Assembly: GCA_964016885.1 (NCBI GenBank)
Contig: OZ024763.1
Span: 5,084,001 to 5,148,000, forward strand
From: Eledone cirrhosa
Taxonomy: Eukaryota
DNA length: 64,000 nt
Direction: 5' to 3'
Shown: positions 59,985 through 64,000 of the stretch, in pieces
Layout: every line of letters begins with the position of its first letter
Numbering within the stretch: position 1 is the stretch's first letter
The notes under the pieces: model-generated
What the model was told of the DNA's origin: nothing
Seen by the model: only the letters and a program-made list of their open reading frames with translations
Database searches by the model: none
Program-made: the position numbers and the translations under genes

Positions 59985-60358
59985 CACGACCGTGACTTCT
60001 GGCGTCACGCAGTAATACAGGGTACCCGACCTCCCATGGGTACATGCTGAAGCATATAAACAATATGCCCCCCCCCCCCCCCCCACCCACCGCAAGGTGG
60101 TCGTGGAGGTGCCACGGCAAAAAAGCACCCAGCCCACACTGTAAAGTGGACGTGTAGGCGCCACGAAAAAGCACCCAGCACTCACTGTAAATGAGGTTGG
60201 TGTTAGGAAGGGCATCCAGCTGTAGAAATCAAGCCAGATCAGTTCCTGTATGAGCAAGGCATGGTCAGCCGACCAGACACTGCCCACAACAGGACAACCC
60301 GTCTAACCCATGCTAGCGTGGAAGAACGGACGTAAAACGGTGATGATGATGATGATGA
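59985..60358 (+). mobile_element. SINE-like family C with an RTE-type 3' end and (GAT)n tail
   Basis: gcacccagc..ggttggtgttaggaagggcatccagctgtagaaa..acccgtctaacccatgctagcgtggaa..(gat)n. Tail fragments at 52615, 55200, 58078, 60500. Confidence 0.7.
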
Positions 60359-60561
60359 TATATATATATATATATAGCTTTCACCGTATTTTTGACTAAA
60401 GGAATTTTAGTCCAAAATACGGTGAAAGCTATATATTTTCTAATTTCAAACTCGCTCACTGTTTCAAAACATACTTACTTGCCATATATATATATATATC
60501 ATCATCATCGTTTAACATCTATCTTCCACGCTAGCATGGGTTTAGATATATATATATATAT

Positions 60562-60700
60562 AACGAAGGAAATGTGGTAAGGAACCAGATGGACCATAAC
60601 GCACCAAAGTACTCAATACTTAGGGTAGTAGAGTGGGTAATAGGAACGAGTAGGACCCCGACAGCTGAGCTCAAGCCGTTTCAATGGCTAATTCTGGACT

Positions 60701-60705
<5 letters not shown>
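60562..60705. mobile_element. family G element, single arm
   Basis: similar to 16440-16575. Confidence 0.8.
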
Positions 60706-60730
<25 letters not shown>

Positions 60731-60737
<7 letters not shown>

Positions 60738-60996
60738 ATACTTTGAGAGGGTCATGTTGCCAATAAGAAACACATGCACCAGTTGTTTTCAAGAACTTTA
60801 ACAATATATGAACAATCGTCTGGTTGTGGAACCAACCAACCAACCGGAAATTTATAAATTTAATTTATAATAAATTGAAGTGAAAGCAACTGGTGCGTGT
60901 GTTTCTTATTGGCAACATGACCCTCCCAACATAACAATATCGGTTTCAACACACGTTTTCAGATAAAGAATCTTGCTAAACAAATTCAGAAACGAA

Positions 60997-60998
<2 letters not shown>
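60731..60998. mobile_element. (TA)n-embedded inverted-repeat element related to 14392-14710
   Basis: gagggtcatgttgccaataagaaacaca.gcaccagttg / caactggtgcgtgtgtttcttattggcaacatgaccctc. Confidence 0.75.
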
Positions 60999-61029
<31 letters not shown>

Positions 61030-61311
61030 CACACACACACACACATATGTATTCAACTCTTGTATATCTGCAGTGAGAATGGAACTATATATGTGTCCTC
61101 AAATATGGTTTACTAATGTGTTGTGGAACTAACTCTATATCGAACTCATCCTTTGGACTGAGTGCTCTACCAACTTCAGATATAACCTGTTTTTTTACCA
61201 CTATATATATATATATACACACATATACATACATATACATACATACATAATATATATATAAGTAAGACATGTAAGTCAACAGGTTAAAATTAACTTCATT
61301 TATTCATATTC

Positions 61312-61378
61312 GCTGTTATATATATTTCGGTGATAAGCATTATGTCATTATACAACAGCTCTGACCTCATCAGACAGC
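61312..61378 (-). ncRNA. minimal type I hammerhead ribozyme motif, same family as 16307
   Basis: minus strand GCTGT-CTGATGA-GGT..ACC-GAAA-TATATA-TA-ACAGC, with a perfect 5-bp stem I. Confidence 0.8.
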
Positions 61379-61845
61379 TAGAATTTGAACAGAAAAAAAC
61401 AGAAAAACATAACGATGGAATAAAGTTTACTTCAGTCATTTCGATTTTTTTATATGTTCAGTGCTGAAATATGGTGTTGTTTTCTCAAGGCACTAGTAGC
61501 ATATATATGACAGTACTTACTCTGTCCCCCATAGTTAGGTCAGTTAAGGCCGTGTTAGAAGTTAGTTTCTTCTCACTCATTGAAGCATAGTAACACTTGA
61601 AGTAGACACACATAAATTTTTAATTAGATGTTACAAGTTTACAGTTGCTAGAGAGAAAAAGGCGGATATGGGAAGTTGTGTGATTAATGTCTCTCTGATG
61701 GGGAAACCGTGTAGGTGTTTCAATTAGAGAGGAAACAGCAACATAGCTGAAATTAGGACCTCTCGTCCATCTTAATTAACATCTACCATTCTTATCATAT
61801 CCACTTGATTTAACTTTATTTCATCATATTTAGAACTTGGTTTGT

Positions 61846-61920
61846 GGAGGTGTGTGGCTTAGTGGTTAGTGAGTTGGATTTGCAATCGTGATGTTGTGAG
61901 TTCAATTCCTGGGCCAAGAA
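61846..61920 (+). mobile_element. family B SINE tRNA-like head
   Basis: A-box TGGCTTAGTGG, B-box GAGTTCAATTCC. Confidence 0.65.
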
Positions 61921-61939
61921 ATGTGTTGTAGTAGTTAGC

Positions 61940-62137
61940 TAGCACAGCACAGCTCAACACAGCACAGCTGAACCTAACACAGCTCAACCTAGTGCAGCTC
62001 AACCTAGTGCAGCTCAACATAGCGTCGCTCAACACAGCACAGCTGAACCTAGCACAGCTCAACATAGCACAGCTCAACATAGCACAGCTGAACCTAGCAC
62101 AGCTCATCACAGCAGAACTCCACTTAGCACAGCTCAA
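61940..62137. repeat. 15-bp minisatellite, about 13 copies
   Basis: unit agcacagctcaac(a/c)t. Confidence 0.9.
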
Positions 62138-62372
62138 CTTCTGCTTTTTATTAAGAATCTTCTGGCTTAACAACATCCTGTTTACTATATAACAGCAGAA
62201 GAGTTCCATCACTGATCTTTATAAAACTTGGCTGATGATAATCTACCACAAGTGTGCATTTTATATAAACACTTTCTGGCATTTTGAAAATGGCATAATT
62301 AAGGTTTTTATTTTATATTTTTATATCAATTTGCCGATCTTATCCAGACAGACATCATCATACAAACTGCAG

Positions 62373-62421
<49 letters not shown>

Positions 62422-63120
62422 CACACACACACACACAGACAGACAAATATTTGTTGATGTTGCATATATGATATATGTTAATCAGATTGTCATTTCTGCT
62501 TGGTAAAGAGGATCATTCTTTCTATATCTTAATGTTAATTGGAAGATATATATCTATCTACATACATATATATATATATATATATACTTACACACACACA
62601 TATATAAAGAAATAAAAAGAAAAAATTTAAAATGAAATGGCAACTGAAGAAATTTAATCTTTACTAACAAGTCTTCTTCTTCTTCTTCCACCATTTATTT
62701 CTGACTTATTATATATAATTCTCTCATTTGTTCCATCCATATGTTGCTGCTTCCCTCCAACACATTAGTCAGAGTTGTATAGAAAGTCTGAGAGAGACAG
62801 AAGTTATTTATTAAAACACAGAGAACACAAAGACTATTATATATATCAAATTAGTTCTGTGCATATAATATGTTTCACAAGAAAGTTGTTTTTAAAAGGG
62901 TAACTAGTTCACATTGTCTGTGAATTGGCATTAGAAACATTTAGGGGGGAGCTGGAACTAGTGAGATATGTAGAGGTATGTGTGGCCTAGTTGTAAGGAA
63001 GGGTGCTGGACTTGTGAACATAATGTCGTGGGTTTTCAGTATAGTCGACTTTCTTTTGCCTTCTCCCAAATTGCTGGCCTTGAGCCTAAATTAGTGTCGT
63101 TTTAATTGCTGGCTTTGTGC

Positions 63121-63378
63121 CTTCTTCTTATTCACCCACTTATTCCTGAGAGTGTCGTGGGGGGCAGAGTCCTCAAACGCTTCTTCCAGCGACTCCCGTC
63201 AGAAACAACTATCTCCACCTGATCCAGCTGGATCCCTCAAGGCCAAGCCTGACCAGCTAAGCTTATGGATTTGATCCAACCATCTTGCTCAGTCTACCCC
63301 TGGGTCCCTTGCCGTCTGGTTTTGCCCGTAAAATCTATCCAGCGGCATTCTATCTTGAGACATTCTAACCACATGTCT
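63121..63378 (-). mobile_element. RTE-1/Expander-like LINE 3' fragment
   Basis: minus strand gacatgtggttagaatgtctcaag (HVVRMSQ) as at 18215, plus the shared 3' end. Confidence 0.7.
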
Positions 63379-63734
63379 TGTGTCTAAATTAATGTCATTT
63401 TAATTGCTGGCCTTGTGCATAAATTAGTTTTCCACCTTTAATTTACTGAGCATATATCTGTAAATTAAAGGTGGAAAACTGGGAGAGGGCACTTGCCTTG
63501 GTGGTCAGGGTCATTGTGACTTTTTACTGGGCTTTCTCCACAAATGTCCCTCCGAAGTCTCCCCCCTATTGGGGAATTTTTCATTGTTATTTTTTGTTAC
63601 ATCCTCTGTTTTTGTTTTTTACACGCAGAAATGCCCATTTGTACCGTCCTGCATTGTCCTGCACTGTCCTTAATGTCTACTTTATGTAAACCCTTGTGGT
63701 TAATAAAGAAATCATTATTATAATTTGTCTTTAA

Positions 63735-64000
63735 CACTGCAATGGACTGGTGTCTTATCCAGGGAGGTGTCTTTTACTTTCAGTCAATTCACACCACAGA
63801 AACTGGAATAAGAACAAGCCTGAAACAGACTTTAACTCTGTGATCTTGTACCCTCTGTCACTTAATGCCACAGAAAACTGAGATAAGAACTAGCCTAATG
63901 AGTCTCCGAGCTTGGGACAGACTTTAACCCTGTGGTGGACTGGTATCCTATCCGGGGGGGGGGGGGTAATCTTGTACTCTCAGTGTCTTAACTCTATGAA
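63735..64000 (+). mobile_element. tandem family B SINE 3' fragments
   Basis: atggactggtgtcttatccaggg, cctaatgagtctccgagcttgggacagactttaaccctgtggtggactgg. Confidence 0.65.

Noticed and set aside
61846-61920. tRNA gene
   Set aside because: A and B boxes are present but no convincing cloverleaf, and it matches the family B SINE head

Overview
AT-rich animal genomic DNA made up mostly of (TA)n, (CA)n, (GAA)n and (ACC)n microsatellites and transposon debris. The SINE content and repeat landscape resemble an octopod cephalopod (recognition, not verified). There is a 200-N scaffold gap at 27094-27293. Almost all listed ORFs are microsatellite artefacts. The one long real ORF is an uninterrupted CR1-like LINE ORF2 (APE endonuclease plus reverse transcriptase, minus strand, about 40172-43180) sitting inside a (TA)n-type array. 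Also present: 3' fragments of three RTE-clade LINE families, a CRE-like restriction-endonuclease-domain fragment, an Ingi/Vingi-like zinc-knuckle fragment, three SINE families, mariner/Tc1- and piggyBac-like MITEs, and one candidate signal-peptide exon. The most striking feature is a set of short non-coding elements embedded in (TA)n tracts that carry minimal type I hammerhead ribozyme motifs (stem I, CUGANGA, stem II, GAAA, short palindromic stem III, UH, stem I). Several are fold-back palindromes, and two pivot exactly on the T of the CTGANGA core. A second theme is that most minisatellites here are tandem amplifications of transposon fragments. All alignments and foldings were done by eye.
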